32,000 nt of DNA from Clostridia bacterium (GTDB taxonomy: Bacteria > Bacillota > Clostridia > TANB77 > RGIG9151). The stretch lies in assembly GCA_017934955.1 (NCBI GenBank), contig JAGBIO010000003.1, positions 1-32,000 of the forward strand, written 5' to 3'. Positions within the stretch are counted from its first letter, which is position 1. Every line of letters begins with the position of its first letter. A model generated the notes under the pieces. That model ran no database searches. It was not told the origin of the DNA and saw only the letters and a program-made list of their open reading frames with translations. Both the position numbers and the translations under genes were made by a program. Below are positions 1 to 8,785 of the stretch, piece after piece.

Positions 1-17
1 ACAAAATAAGATAATTT

Positions 18-136
18 TTCCGGTGACGATAATGAAGAGGATACACCCGTTCCCATCCCGAACACGGCAGTTAAGCTCTTCGATGCTGAAAATACTTAGC
101 GGGTGACTGCTTGGGAAGATAGGAAGTTGCCGGGAT
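18..136 (+). rRNA. rrf: 5S ribosomal RNA (ends +/-3 nt)
   Basis: Sequence ccggtgacgat...cccgttcccatcccgaacacggcagttaagctcttc...gttgccggg matches the conserved Firmicutes 5S core. The terminal helix ccggtgac/gttgccgg closes the molecule. A tRNA follows, as at rRNA operon 3' ends. Confidence 0.9.
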
Positions 137-145
137 TATTTATAT

Positions 146-221
146 TCCTTGTTAGCTCAGTCGGTAGAGCATTCGGCTGTTAACCGAAGGGTCGTTGGTT
201 CGAGTCCAACACAAGGAGCCA
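146..221 (+). tRNA. tRNA-Asn (anticodon GTT), CCA encoded
   Basis: Hand-folded cloverleaf: acceptor tccttgt/acaagga, D arm gctc-agtcggta-gagc, anticodon arm ttcgg-ctGTTaa-ccgaa, T arm gttgg-ttcgagt-ccaac, discriminator g, then cca. Confidence 0.92.
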
Positions 222-222
222 A

Positions 223-260
223 AGTAGTAAGTGCAGAAATGTACTTACTACTTTTTTCTT
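223..260 (+). terminator. Rho-independent terminator after tRNA-Asn
   Basis: Stem agtagtaagtgc / gtacttactact with a 6-nt loop, followed by a T5 run. Confidence 0.8.
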
Positions 261-346
261 ATTTCTAAATTCTACGAATCTTTCTCAGGATAACAGGAAT
301 GCAATTCTACCTTTTTTACAAATACATTTCATTCAGCCTATTCTGT

Positions 347-370
347 GGACACCATGAATGGTGTCCCTAC
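347..370. repeat. Solo REP-like hairpin, stem variant ACACCA (ggacaccatgaatggtgtcc + ctac)
   Basis: 8-bp stem, 4-nt loop and a CTAC tail. Same architecture as the ACAGCA family elsewhere in the window. Confidence 0.75.
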
Positions 371-422
371 AAGTTTCTGCTTTTATTTCGTTAGAGTTTA
401 ATCGTTCATCTCTTGACTTAAT

Positions 423-546
423 GACATTGAGTCAGACTTAGATTTATAAAAATAGCACAAACACTGTAGGAGCACCATGAATTGTGTTCCTACAGTGTTT
501 GTGCCGATATTTTTTGAAAGCTACAAGGTTATAGTCTGAATTGTAA
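423..546. repeat. Collapsed single-hairpin copy of the MITE-like element
   Basis: Arms tcagacttagatttataaaaatagcacaaacactgtagg and cctacagtgtttgtgc...atagtctgaattgtaac align to the arms of the full copies at 6703 and 19257. Only one degenerate hairpin (466-492) lies between them. Confidence 0.65.
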
Positions 547-553
547 CGTGTTT

Positions 554-1330
554 TTAATGAATATGATAGTGTAAATTTTGTGAGCTTTTTTGTTTGATTA
601 AGGCTTTGTAATATTTCATATCGTTACTGTTGTAGTGCATATATTCCAAATCTTTGATTAAACCGCTTGCGGTAAAGTAGTCTTTTTGCAGTATGGATAA
701 GTCAAGATTTAGTTTTTTTGAGTAGAGGTAGACATCCGGCAGTTCGAGGGCTGCGGAGATATAGGTAAGGAGTTTAGCTAAACCGGAGTTTACTTCTAAG
801 GAAAGTAGCGTATTATTGGAGGATAGCACTTTACATATATCTTTTAATGCTGCCGATAAATTATTCCTATAGATGTTTTTTAGAATACTCGGATAATTTA
901 AGATAATTTCGACGCTGTTTAAGTCGGATAAATAGATATTGTGGTGCATTACATCCATTAAGTAAGAATAGGATTCCGTATCTCTTTCGCAAATTAAGTA
1001 GGCGTCAAGCATTTTTTCAAATATCGAGGAATAAAAGTTGTTGACGCTGATTTTGGAAAAAGTTTTGGCTTTAATGTTTTTGGAAATGTAGCTTAGAATT
1101 TCTTGGGTAACCGGAGATATTTGAATTTTGTGCAAGAGAGAAATTCGTTGTCCCAAGCTAAGCGGAGTCGATGTAATTTCGTCGATATAGTCTGTCAGAA
1201 GCGCATACGCATTCTTATAAGCGGTATATTTATCTTTTAAAGATATACCGGAAGTATTTGCCGCTATTGTCATTTGATGAATGATTTCTAATTTTTTTTC
1301 ATAATCAAACAGTTTCATTTGTATCTCCAT
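554..1330 (-). CDS. Hypothetical protein, predicted all-helical, no family recognised
   Basis: 258-codon ORF with SD-like aaaggaaag upstream. A second in-frame ATG at 1318 is an alternative start. No motif recognised. Confidence 0.6.
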   Translation of the reverse strand: MEIQMKLFDYEKKLEIIHQMTIAANTSGISLKDKYTAYKNAYALLTDYIDEITSTPLSLGQRISLLHKIQISPVTQEILSYISKNIKAKTFSKISVNNFYSSIFEKMLDAYLICERDTESYSYLMDVMHHNIYLSDLNSVEIILNYPSILKNIYRNNLSAALKDICKVLSSNNTLLSLEVNSGLAKLLTYISAALELPDVYLYSKKLNLDLSILQKDYFTASGLIKDLEYMHYNSNDMKYYKALIKQKSSQNLHYHIH

Positions 1331-1421
1331 TTCTTTCCTTTGTTAGAAAAAGTCTTTTCAATAATATTATACTAATTTAAATGTTAAAGTAAAGGCTTGA
1401 CAATGCAAAAAAAATATAATT

Positions 1422-1590
1422 AGTTACAGGTCACAATATATCGGGACGTCGAGGACGCCGTCCCCTACAATGACGGTGCAATCATCGTAGGGACAGCATT
1501 CATGCTGTCCACAGAAAAGGCAGAAAAGAAGGACAGCATAAATGCTGTCCCTACAAGGATTATGTCATTATTATAGAAAGATATACCTTG
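1422..1590. mobile_element. MITE-like element with REPIN core plus extra GC-rich hairpin module
   Basis: Left end is gttacagg. The extra hairpin cgggacgtcgaggacgccgtcccctac lies at 1442-1468. The core is GTAGGGACAGCATTCATGCTGTCC - acagaaaaggcagaaaagaa - GGACAGCATAAATGCTGTCCCTAC (1487-1554). The right arm is degenerate and runs into the ytxC-like stop codon. Confidence 0.8.
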
Positions 1591-1595
1591 ATTCT

Positions 1596-2426
1596 TTAGC
1601 GTACTAATTCTAAAAGCGGTACAGAGGAAACAAAAACCTTGTTTTCAAAAATTTGTTCAATGGTGTGAACAATCTTTTTGTTAAAGTTTTCTGTTTCGAA
1701 GTGTAAAAATACTTTTTTCGGTGCCAATGTGATAAGGGAGCTGATTAAGACATCTTCGTTGTTTAGGTTGTTTTGTTCTTTTGTTTCGGAAAATTCCGAA
1801 AAACATTTTTCTGTGATGTCTTTGTTATTTTCATCGAATAAGGTATATTCACCGTTTTTTTCAAAAATAATATGAATTTTATTGGATCTGTTTTTTTGTG
1901 TTTCTACAAAGAATTTTAACATATTGATAAATTCTTTGTATTCTTGCTGAATCTTAAAGTCTTCCACCACTTTTTGGATTAATTCGGATAACATTTTTTT
2001 ATATCCGGAGAGTCGAAATGCAACGAATCCGGTAACGTCTAAGCGTGTGTTTTCGTTTAAGTATTCTAATATGTTTTGTTTGATTAGAAATCTTCTTTTT
2101 AGCAAGATTAACGTTTTAATGAAATCACTTTCATTTTCGTTGATGAGTTTGCATGCGGCAGTTAGAATGTTAAGTTTTTCTGTTTTATGCAAAAGTAAAT
2201 AATCGTGCATAAGAAGCATTTTTAAAATGTTTTTTTCTTCATACCGGATAATGTATTCGGTTAATATTTCCGCAATTTTTAAGTTTAGAATGGCAGAATC
2301 ATCCGCGGTAAAATGGAGTTCATGATCATTTTTTTGTTTTACTTTTATGGTATCCGAAATATTATTTTGGATAATTTCCTGTAATATTTCGGCATTTTTA
2401 TCAATGCTGATGGTTATTGTTTGCAT
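1596..2426 (-). CDS. ytxC: YtxC-like putative sporulation protein
   Basis: 276 aa. The segment LDVTGFVAFRLSGYKK...EYKEFINMLKFFVETQ resembles the YtxC family signature as I recall it. SD ggaggcgaaaaa lies upstream of the ATG. Confidence 0.65.
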   Translation of the reverse strand: MQTITISIDKNAEILQEIIQNNISDTIKVKQKNDHELHFTADDSAILNLKIAEILTEYIIRYEEKNILKMLLMHDYLLLHKTEKLNILTAACKLINENESDFIKTLILLKRRFLIKQNILEYLNENTRLDVTGFVAFRLSGYKKMLSELIQKVVEDFKIQQEYKEFINMLKFFVETQKNRSNKIHIIFEKNGEYTLFDENNKDITEKCFSEFSETKEQNNLNNEDVLISSLITLAPKKVFLHFETENFNKKIVHTIEQIFENKVFVSSVPLLELVR

Positions 2427-2765
2427 TTTTTCGCCTCCGAAGGTTTATTTGAGGTTATAGGTTCTCTTGAAGTATATTAATAGCGCATATATTATAATAT
2501 GTTGCGATTTATAGTATTGCCAATGTTGCGGCAAAATATATTTCAAATCTCAGAATAGTTATCGGCATATGTTGTGAAACCTTAACTGAAATTTGACGAC
2601 AAAAAAATCTTTTTTTTTTGTTTTAATTATCTTTTATATTTACAAATTCGTTTATTTTTATTACAATAAAAAAGAATTATCGTTTAGGCAAATATTGCAT
2701 TTGTTCAATATTTATACTTTTAGAAAAAATGTTTAAAAATACAGTTAGAAGAGGGGAGCAATAAA

Positions 2766-4100
2766 ATGAGAATTTTAATGTTATCATGGGAATATCCGCC
2801 GAGAATTGTCGGAGGAATTTCACGAGTGGTGTATGACTTGGCTCAAAAATTAGGAGAAAAAGGAAATGAAGTACATGTTGTAACATGTATGGATAAAAAT
2901 ACGAAAGAGTTTGAGAAGGACAAGAACGTTTATGTTCATAGAGTATATACAGTTGGTCCTGATACAAAGGGCGACTTTTTGAAACAAACTTTGCATATGA
3001 ACTTTGCCTTAACGGAAAAAGCAGTGGAGGTAATGGATCATATCGGTAAATTTGATATTATTCACGCGCATGATTGGTTAGTTGCTTTTGCGGCTAAGAC
3101 ACTAAAACATGCTTATAAGATTCCGATGGTTGCGACGATTCATGCTACGGAACATGGCAGAAATAACGGAATTCATACCGATATGCAAAAATATATTCAT
3201 GATAGTGAATGGTGGTTGACTTATGAGGCTTGGAAAGTAATTTGCAACAGCCAATATATGCAAAATGAAATTACAAATATCTGGGGATTACCGAGAGCGA
3301 AGTCGCAAATTATTTTCAATGGTGTGGACATTCATAAATTCGATGGCATTCAGCGAGATATGGAATTTAGAAGAAAGTATGCGATGGATCATGAGAAAAT
3401 CGTATTCTTTGTGGGAAGAATGGTGCGCGAAAAAGGTGTACATGTTTTAATTGATGCGATTCCAAAGATTTGTCAACATTATAACGATGTTAAGTTTGTG
3501 TTTGCCGGAAAAGGTCCTGAATTGGATAGTTTGAAGGCGAGAGCTTGGGCGACAGGATATGCGCATAAGACATTATTTACGGGTTATATCAGCGACGAAG
3601 ATCTGTTGAAACTTTATAAATGTGTGGATATTGCGGTATTCCCGAGCTTATATGAACCATTTGGTATTGTAGCTTTAGAGGGAATGATTGCGGATGTTCC
3701 GACGGTTGTTTCGCAAGCGGGTGGTCTTGGTGAAATTATTAATCATGGTTATGACGGTATGAAAGCATATACAGGAAATTCCAATTCATTGGCGGATTGT
3801 GTGTTGGAATTATTGTTTAACAGCAACGAGAAGAATGCGGAGATTAGAAGTCATGCAATGCAGAAAGTTCATGATTTGTATAATTGGGACAAGATTGCAG
3901 AGCAAACCTATAATGTCTATAAAGAAGTTGTAGAGGAAGCAAAATTGATTAATTGGGAAAATACGGAATTGAAAAACGGTGTAAAAGAACTAAATGATAA
4001 GAAGGTAATTCACACGGTTGTGGAGAATACTACGGAGTCTAATAAAAAATCTGCGAAGAAGTCTTCTGCTAAGACAGAGAAGTTACAGAAAATAGGTTAG
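2766..4100 (+). CDS. GT-B fold retaining glycosyltransferase (GT4-like, group 1)
   Basis: N-terminus MRILMLSWEYPPRIVGG and HAHDW motif. E-x7-E-type motif SLYEPFGIVALEGM. SD aggggag lies 8 nt upstream of the ATG. Confidence 0.85.
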   Translation: MRILMLSWEYPPRIVGGISRVVYDLAQKLGEKGNEVHVVTCMDKNTKEFEKDKNVYVHRVYTVGPDTKGDFLKQTLHMNFALTEKAVEVMDHIGKFDIIHAHDWLVAFAAKTLKHAYKIPMVATIHATEHGRNNGIHTDMQKYIHDSEWWLTYEAWKVICNSQYMQNEITNIWGLPRAKSQIIFNGVDIHKFDGIQRDMEFRRKYAMDHEKIVFFVGRMVREKGVHVLIDAIPKICQHYNDVKFVFAGKGPELDSLKARAWATGYAHKTLFTGYISDEDLLKLYKCVDIAVFPSLYEPFGIVALEGMIADVPTVVSQAGGLGEIINHGYDGMKAYTGNSNSLADCVLELLFNSNEKNAEIRSHAMQKVHDLYNWDKIAEQTYNVYKEVVEEAKLINWENTELKNGVKELNDKKVIHTVVENTTESNKKSAKKSSAKTEKLQKIG

Positions 4101-4220
4101 TTAAAATTATTAGGCGAGGGTGATTACCCCCGCCTAATTCAATTGTTGCTATAAACTTCGATGTAAATTTGTCGATTTATATATGGAAAGCATTCAACAT
4201 TTTAACAAGGAGGTAGTCTA

Positions 4221-6659
4221 ATGAAAGCAATTATTATGGCAGGAGGCGCAGGTTCTCGATTGAGACCTCTTACGTGTGGGAGACCTAAGCCTATAGTACC
4301 GATTATGAACAAGCCTGTAATGGGAAGAATTATTGAATTATTGAAGAAAAACGGGATTACAGATATTGGTGTAACGCTTCAGTTTCTACCGGAAAAAATT
4401 GAAAATTTGTTTGGCGACGGAAGTGAATGGGGAGTAAATATTCAATATTTTATTGAAGATTCTCCTTTGGGTACTGCAGGAAGCGTTAAAAACGCTGAAG
4501 AATTTTTGGATGATACGTTTGTGGTAATCAGCGGTGATGCTTTGACGGATATCGATTTGTCGAAAGCGATTGCGTTCCATAAGGCGAATAATACCATTTG
4601 TACCTTAGTTTTGAAGGAAGTTGCGGTTCCGTTGGAATATGGTGTTGTTATGACGGACGATAACGGTAAAATTGTTCGTTTCTTGGAAAAGCCGAGTTGG
4701 GGGGAAGTATTCAGTAATCTTGCGAATACCGGTATGTACATATTGGAACCGAAGGCTTTGTCTTATTTTGAGAAGAATAAGAAATTTGACTTTAGTCAAG
4801 ATTTATTCCCGCTTTTAATGAATGAAGGAAATGACTTGTACGGCTATGTAACAACCGATTATTGGTGCGATGTGGGAGATATCGGTTCTTATATTCAATC
4901 GCATATTGATATTCTTGAGAAGAAAGTAAATATTGATTTGTCTTCGGAATTTACCAACAAAAACGGTGTATTTATCGGAAAGAATGTAGAAATTGATCCG
5001 ACGGCTGTGATTACGGCGCCGGCGGTTATCGGAGATAATTGTAAAATCGGTAAGAATGTTCAGATTCAAGAATATACCGTATTAGGTGAAAATGTAACGG
5101 TAGACGAGAATGTAACGATTAAAAGAGGAATTGTTTGGCAGAATACACACATAGGTTCCAATACTCGCATGAGTGCCGGTATTTTGTGTTATGGAAATAA
5201 TGTGAAGTCGAATGTGGCGATTTTAGAGGAAGCAGTCATCGGGGATGAATGTCAAATCAAGGATCGTGCGGTAATCAAATCCGGGGTTAAGATTTGGCCG
5301 AACAAGATTATTCAAACCGCTACCGAAGTGAATGAGAGTATTATTTGGGGAACGAAAGTAAGCAGAACGTTGTTTGGAAAGACCGGAATTACCGGTGAGA
5401 TGAATGTAGAGATTACGCCGGAATATGTGGTAAAACTTGGTTTGGCGTATGCTTCAATTTTGAAGCCAAATAGTAAATTGGCAGTTTCTGCGGATAGTTC
5501 TGCAGCGGCTTCTTTATTGAAAACTTCTGTTTTATCGGGCGTTGCGTCTGCCGGTGTGGAAGTGTTTGATTTGGGACATACCATGCTTCCGATTGTACGA
5601 AATGTGATTAATTTCTTTGGTTTTGATGGTGGAATTCATATCTCTTTTGAAAAACAGAATGAGGATCGTATTCGAATTAATTTCTTGGATAATAAAGGAA
5701 TTAATATTACAAGAGGAATTGAACGAAAAATTGAAAATATGTTTGTGACCGGAGAATTCAGACGTGTAAATGTGGATAAGATTAAGGAAACAAACATGTT
5801 GGAAAATTACAATTATTTCTATTTACAGAATTTGATGAATACACTTGATTTGGAGGCAATCAGAAGAAATAATGTGAAAGTAGTTGTTGGAAAGTGTGAT
5901 AGTTTTGTATATGAAATGATGGAGAAAATCTTGCGCGATTTGAATTGTACCGTTATTAACGAGAGACGGGACAGTGGCGAAGATAACTTAAATATTTTGA
6001 GCCAAAAAGTAGTGAACAGCGGAGCTGCGTTAGGTATTCAGCTTGCGGCGGATGGCGAGAGAATGACCTTGATTGATGATAAGGGTCAAGTGATTAAGGG
6101 CGATTTATATACGGCATTGTTATCCATTATCTCCGTAAAGTTGAAAGAAGCGAACCAAATTGTGGTTCCGTTTACGACAACAGAAGTAATGGAACAAATT
6201 GCGACGAAGTTTAATACGGGAATTATTCGTACCAAAACCAGTCAGCAAGAACATATGAGCAAGTTGATGGAAAATTCCAATACCGATGTGAAGAAAAACT
6301 TTATTTTGAATTATGACGTTTTTGCGGCTACAGCGAAAATTATTAATTATATTTCTAAGGAAAATACAACCCTTTCAGCGCTTGTGAAATCGATTCCGGA
6401 ATTCCATACGACGAAGAAGAATATCGATTGTCCTTGGGATGCAAAGGGCAAAGTAATGAGAGCGTTAACACAAGAAAAGGTAGACAATACCATGGAATTG
6501 TTTGAAGGAGTAAAAATTCACCTTGATAAAGGCTGGGTATTGGTGTTGCCGGATGCGGATGAGCCGGTTTGTACGGTTTACAGCGAAGGGGTTTCGGCAG
6601 AAGTTGCGGAGTCGCTTTCGGAAATGTATGTGGATAAGATTAAACATATTATTCAATAA
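4221..6659 (+). CDS. Sugar-1-phosphate nucleotidyltransferase fused to a left-handed beta-helix and a degenerate PGM/PMM-like domain
   Basis: N-terminus [18 protein letters not shown]...PKP is the NTP-transferase signature. Hexapeptide-like repeats occupy residues about 250-360. The C-terminal half has phosphohexomutase-like layout but altered catalytic motifs (see findings). SD aaggagg present. Confidence 0.85.
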   Translation: MKAIIMAGGAGSRLRPLTCGRPKPIVPIMNKPVMGRIIELLKKNGITDIGVTLQFLPEKIENLFGDGSEWGVNIQYFIEDSPLGTAGSVKNAEEFLDDTFVVISGDALTDIDLSKAIAFHKANNTICTLVLKEVAVPLEYGVVMTDDNGKIVRFLEKPSWGEVFSNLANTGMYILEPKALSYFEKNKKFDFSQDLFPLLMNEGNDLYGYVTTDYWCDVGDIGSYIQSHIDILEKKVNIDLSSEFTNKNGVFIGKNVEIDPTAVITAPAVIGDNCKIGKNVQIQEYTVLGENVTVDENVTIKRGIVWQNTHIGSNTRMSAGILCYGNNVKSNVAILEEAVIGDECQIKDRAVIKSGVKIWPNKIIQTATEVNESIIWGTKVSRTLFGKTGITGEMNVEITPEYVVKLGLAYASILKPNSKLAVSADSSAAASLLKTSVLSGVASAGVEVFDLGHTMLPIVRNVINFFGFDGGIHISFEKQNEDRIRINFLDNKGINITRGIERKIENMFVTGEFRRVNVDKIKETNMLENYNYFYLQNLMNTLDLEAIRRNNVKVVVGKCDSFVYEMMEKILRDLNCTVINERRDSGEDNLNILSQKVVNSGAALGIQLAADGERMTLIDDKGQVIKGDLYTALLSIISVKLKEANQIVVPFTTTEVMEQIATKFNTGIIRTKTSQQEHMSKLMENSNTDVKKNFILNYDVFAATAKIINYISKENTTLSALVKSIPEFHTTKKNIDCPWDAKGKVMRALTQEKVDNTMELFEGVKIHLDKGWVLVLPDADEPVCTVYSEGVSAEVAESLSEMYVDKIKHIIQ

Positions 6660-6702
6660 GAGAAAACCGGACGTCATTTTTAACAAAGAAGATGCTAAAT
6701 TT

Positions 6703-6856
6703 GTTACTATTCAAACTTAAAATTATAAAAATGGCACAAATACTGTAGGGACAGCATTTATGCTGTCCACGGAAAAGGTAGAAAGTAGGACAGCATGAAT
6801 GCTGTCCCTACAATGGTTGTACCATTATTGTAGGCGATATAGTTTGATTAGTAACC
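6703..6856. mobile_element. Complete 154-bp MITE-like element with REPIN core, inserted in a terminator loop
   Basis: Ends gttactattcaaact / agtttgattagtaacc. Core hairpins at 6745-6768 and 6788-6811. Flanking direct repeats taaattt (6696-6702) and taatttt (6857-6863). Confidence 0.85.
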
Positions 6857-6877
6857 TAATTTTGAGCATCTTTTTTG

Positions 6878-6907
6878 TTGAAAAAAGTAGAAGGTTGTTG
6901 CTATAAT
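6878..6907 (+). promoter_or_regulatory. Candidate sigma-A promoter of the thioesterase gene
   Basis: TTGAAA (6878-6883), 18-nt spacer, TATAAT (6902-6907), about 37 nt upstream of the ATG. Confidence 0.5.
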
Positions 6908-6943
6908 AGAAAGGAAGTCAAATAAATTTCGGAGATGGGATGA

Positions 6944-7372
6944 ATGGAAATAAAGGCTTATGAACATAAAGTACAATATTATGAGACGGATCAAATGGGT
7001 GTAGTGCATCATTCGAATTATATTCGTTGGTTTGAAGAGGCGAGAGTGGATTTTTTAGATCAGATTGGACTTAGTTATGAGAAGATGGAGAAAGAGGGGT
7101 ATATTAGCCCTGTGATTTCGATTTCTTGTGAATATAAAACGATGTGTCATTTTGGGGAAAATGTTCGGATTTTTATAAAATTGAAAAGTTTTTCGGGGGT
7201 TCGCTTTGTTTTTTCCTATGAAGTGCGAGATGCAGTAAGTGGGAAATTAAGGGTGATGGGAGAGAGTAGTCATTGCTTTATTGATGAAGCAGGAAAGGTT
7301 TTTTCTTTAAAGAAAGTGAGTCCGGAATATTTTGAGATTTTCAATTCTTATGTAGGACAAGAGACGGTTTAA
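6944..7372 (+). CDS. Hotdog-fold acyl-CoA thioesterase (4HBT/YbgC-like)
   Basis: 142 aa. N-terminal motif YYETDQMGVVHHSNYIRWFEEAR is typical of 4HBT thioesterases. Confidence 0.85.
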   Translation: MEIKAYEHKVQYYETDQMGVVHHSNYIRWFEEARVDFLDQIGLSYEKMEKEGYISPVISISCEYKTMCHFGENVRIFIKLKSFSGVRFVFSYEVRDAVSGKLRVMGESSHCFIDEAGKVFSLKKVSPEYFEIFNSYVGQETV

Positions 7373-7419
7373 TCTTATAGTTCAAGCTCAATTTCTTTAC
7401 AATGATGAAAATTAATGAA

Positions 7420-7547
7420 GGGGCGACTATTAGTCGCCCGATGTAGAATGTGTATTGGGCGATTAATAATCGCCCCTACGTCTTTGTTGTCGCACGAGAA
7501 AAAAATTATATAGTAACAATTATACCTTATTGAGTCTGAATTGTAAC
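7420..7547. repeat. REP-like doublet with GCGA stem variant, plus an element end fragment
   Basis: Hairpins ggggcgactattagtcgccc (7420-7439) and gggcgattaataatcgcccctac (7457-7479). The terminal motif gagtctgaattgtaac lies at 7532-7547. Confidence 0.6.
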
Positions 7548-7578
7548 GGTAGAGTAAATTCTTTGGAAGAGGAGTTCG

Positions 7579-8685
7579 ATGCTATTGAGTACAAATGTAT
7601 TGGAGCGGGAAAATGAAAAAGTGCAAGTCCCTTTAAAAAAAGAAGGAACAGAGAAAAAAAGCGGACGAATTGATTGGGTGGATGCGTTAAAGTTTATCGG
7701 AATTTTCTTTATTTATGTGGCTCATTTTGTGGAAAATTCCGGAAAACTTTGTTTATATGCCTATGCGTTTCATGTGCCGTTATTTTTCTTTATTGCCGGA
7801 TTTTTTGCGTTGAAGCATAAGGAGGATTCTTTTTGGAAGTACGGTTGGCATAAAGTGAAAACGTTATTATTACCGTATTTCTTTTTTGGATTTTTGACGA
7901 TTGCGGTACTTACCTTACAGGCGAATTATCTTCCGATTTCTTTTAAGGAAGTTTTTTCGGACCTTTTGTTGGGAATGCGAAATCGGATGTTTGCGAGTCC
8001 GTTGTGGTTTTTCCCTTGTTTGTTTTTGGTGGAAGTTTTCTTTGAAGGAATGCTAAAAATATTTCGGAATAAGTATTTTGTTTTGACGGCTTGTGTCATT
8101 TTGTTCTTGGCGGCGGAACAATTTTTCTATCAAGACTATGTGGTTTTGCCACGTCTTTGGTTTAGTGCGGATACGGCTTTGTATTATTTACTGTATTATG
8201 CGATTGGGGCTGTTTCTTTTGAAAAGATATCGAAGGCTTCTTTTTCTAAGGAAAAGCCTTGGAAAAAAGTTCTTTTTTCAGGTTTATTTTTGGCGACTGC
8301 CTTGATTGCGTGTATGGTCTTTTTTGAGAAGGAAGCTGTTTTGAAAAATATCTTTTTGGCTTTTCCTTTGGGAGATGCGTTGTATGAGGTTTTTGTTGCG
8401 TTAAGCCTTATTTTATTCCATATTGTGATTGCAAAACAGCTGACGAAATTTCCGTTGGTTTGTGAAATCGGAAGGAATACCTTGTGGCTTTGCGGAAATG
8501 AGTTAGTAATGAAGACGGTACTTCCGGTATTGCTTTCTGTATTTGGCTTGCACCTTTCTTTGCAGACACCGCTACATACGGTTTTGTATTCTTTTATTTT
8601 GCTGGTAATTGCAGTTAAAACTGTTATTCCGGTAGAGAGGAAGTTAATAGGAAATTTGTTTGATTCGAGAATTAAGCACAAATAG
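7579..8685 (+). CDS. Acyltransferase family 3 integral membrane protein
   Basis: 368 aa and polytopic. N-terminal RIDWVDALKFIGIFFIYVAHF is typical of the acyltransferase_3 family. SD ggaagaggag present. Confidence 0.75.
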   Translation: MLLSTNVLERENEKVQVPLKKEGTEKKSGRIDWVDALKFIGIFFIYVAHFVENSGKLCLYAYAFHVPLFFFIAGFFALKHKEDSFWKYGWHKVKTLLLPYFFFGFLTIAVLTLQANYLPISFKEVFSDLLLGMRNRMFASPLWFFPCLFLVEVFFEGMLKIFRNKYFVLTACVILFLAAEQFFYQDYVVLPRLWFSADTALYYLLYYAIGAVSFEKISKASFSKEKPWKKVLFSGLFLATALIACMVFFEKEAVLKNIFLAFPLGDALYEVFVALSLILFHIVIAKQLTKFPLVCEIGRNTLWLCGNELVMKTVLPVLLSVFGLHLSLQTPLHTVLYSFILLVIAVKTVIPVERKLIGNLFDSRIKHK

Positions 8686-8741
8686 ACGTTTTCATTTTCT
8701 GTAGAGAATGGAAACGCTCCCGATAGAAAATTAACTTAAAT

Positions 8742-8785
8742 AAATGAATAGAGACAGGCGTGGGATCGCTTGTCTCTATTCATTT
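8742..8785. terminator. Bidirectional hairpin between convergent genes
   Basis: 15-bp stem aaatgaatagagaca / tgtctctattcattt extended by 3 more pairs. It overlaps the stop of the minus-strand gene. The T-runs are weak. Confidence 0.5.

Noticed and set aside
4110-4136. Hairpin ttaggcgaggg-tgatta-cccccgcctaa between the GT4 gene and the nucleotidyltransferase gene as a terminator or further REP variant
   Set aside because: It has no T-run and no GTAG/CTAC head, and the two genes are probably co-transcribed. At most it is a weak attenuator or RNA-stability element.
6703-6856. Assigning the MITE ends (GGTTAC...) to a specific IS family (a superficial resemblance to IS6-type GGTTCTG ends with 8-bp duplications)
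   Set aside because: The resemblance is limited to four or five bases and the duplication here appears to be 7 bp. It cannot be supported without the autonomous element.
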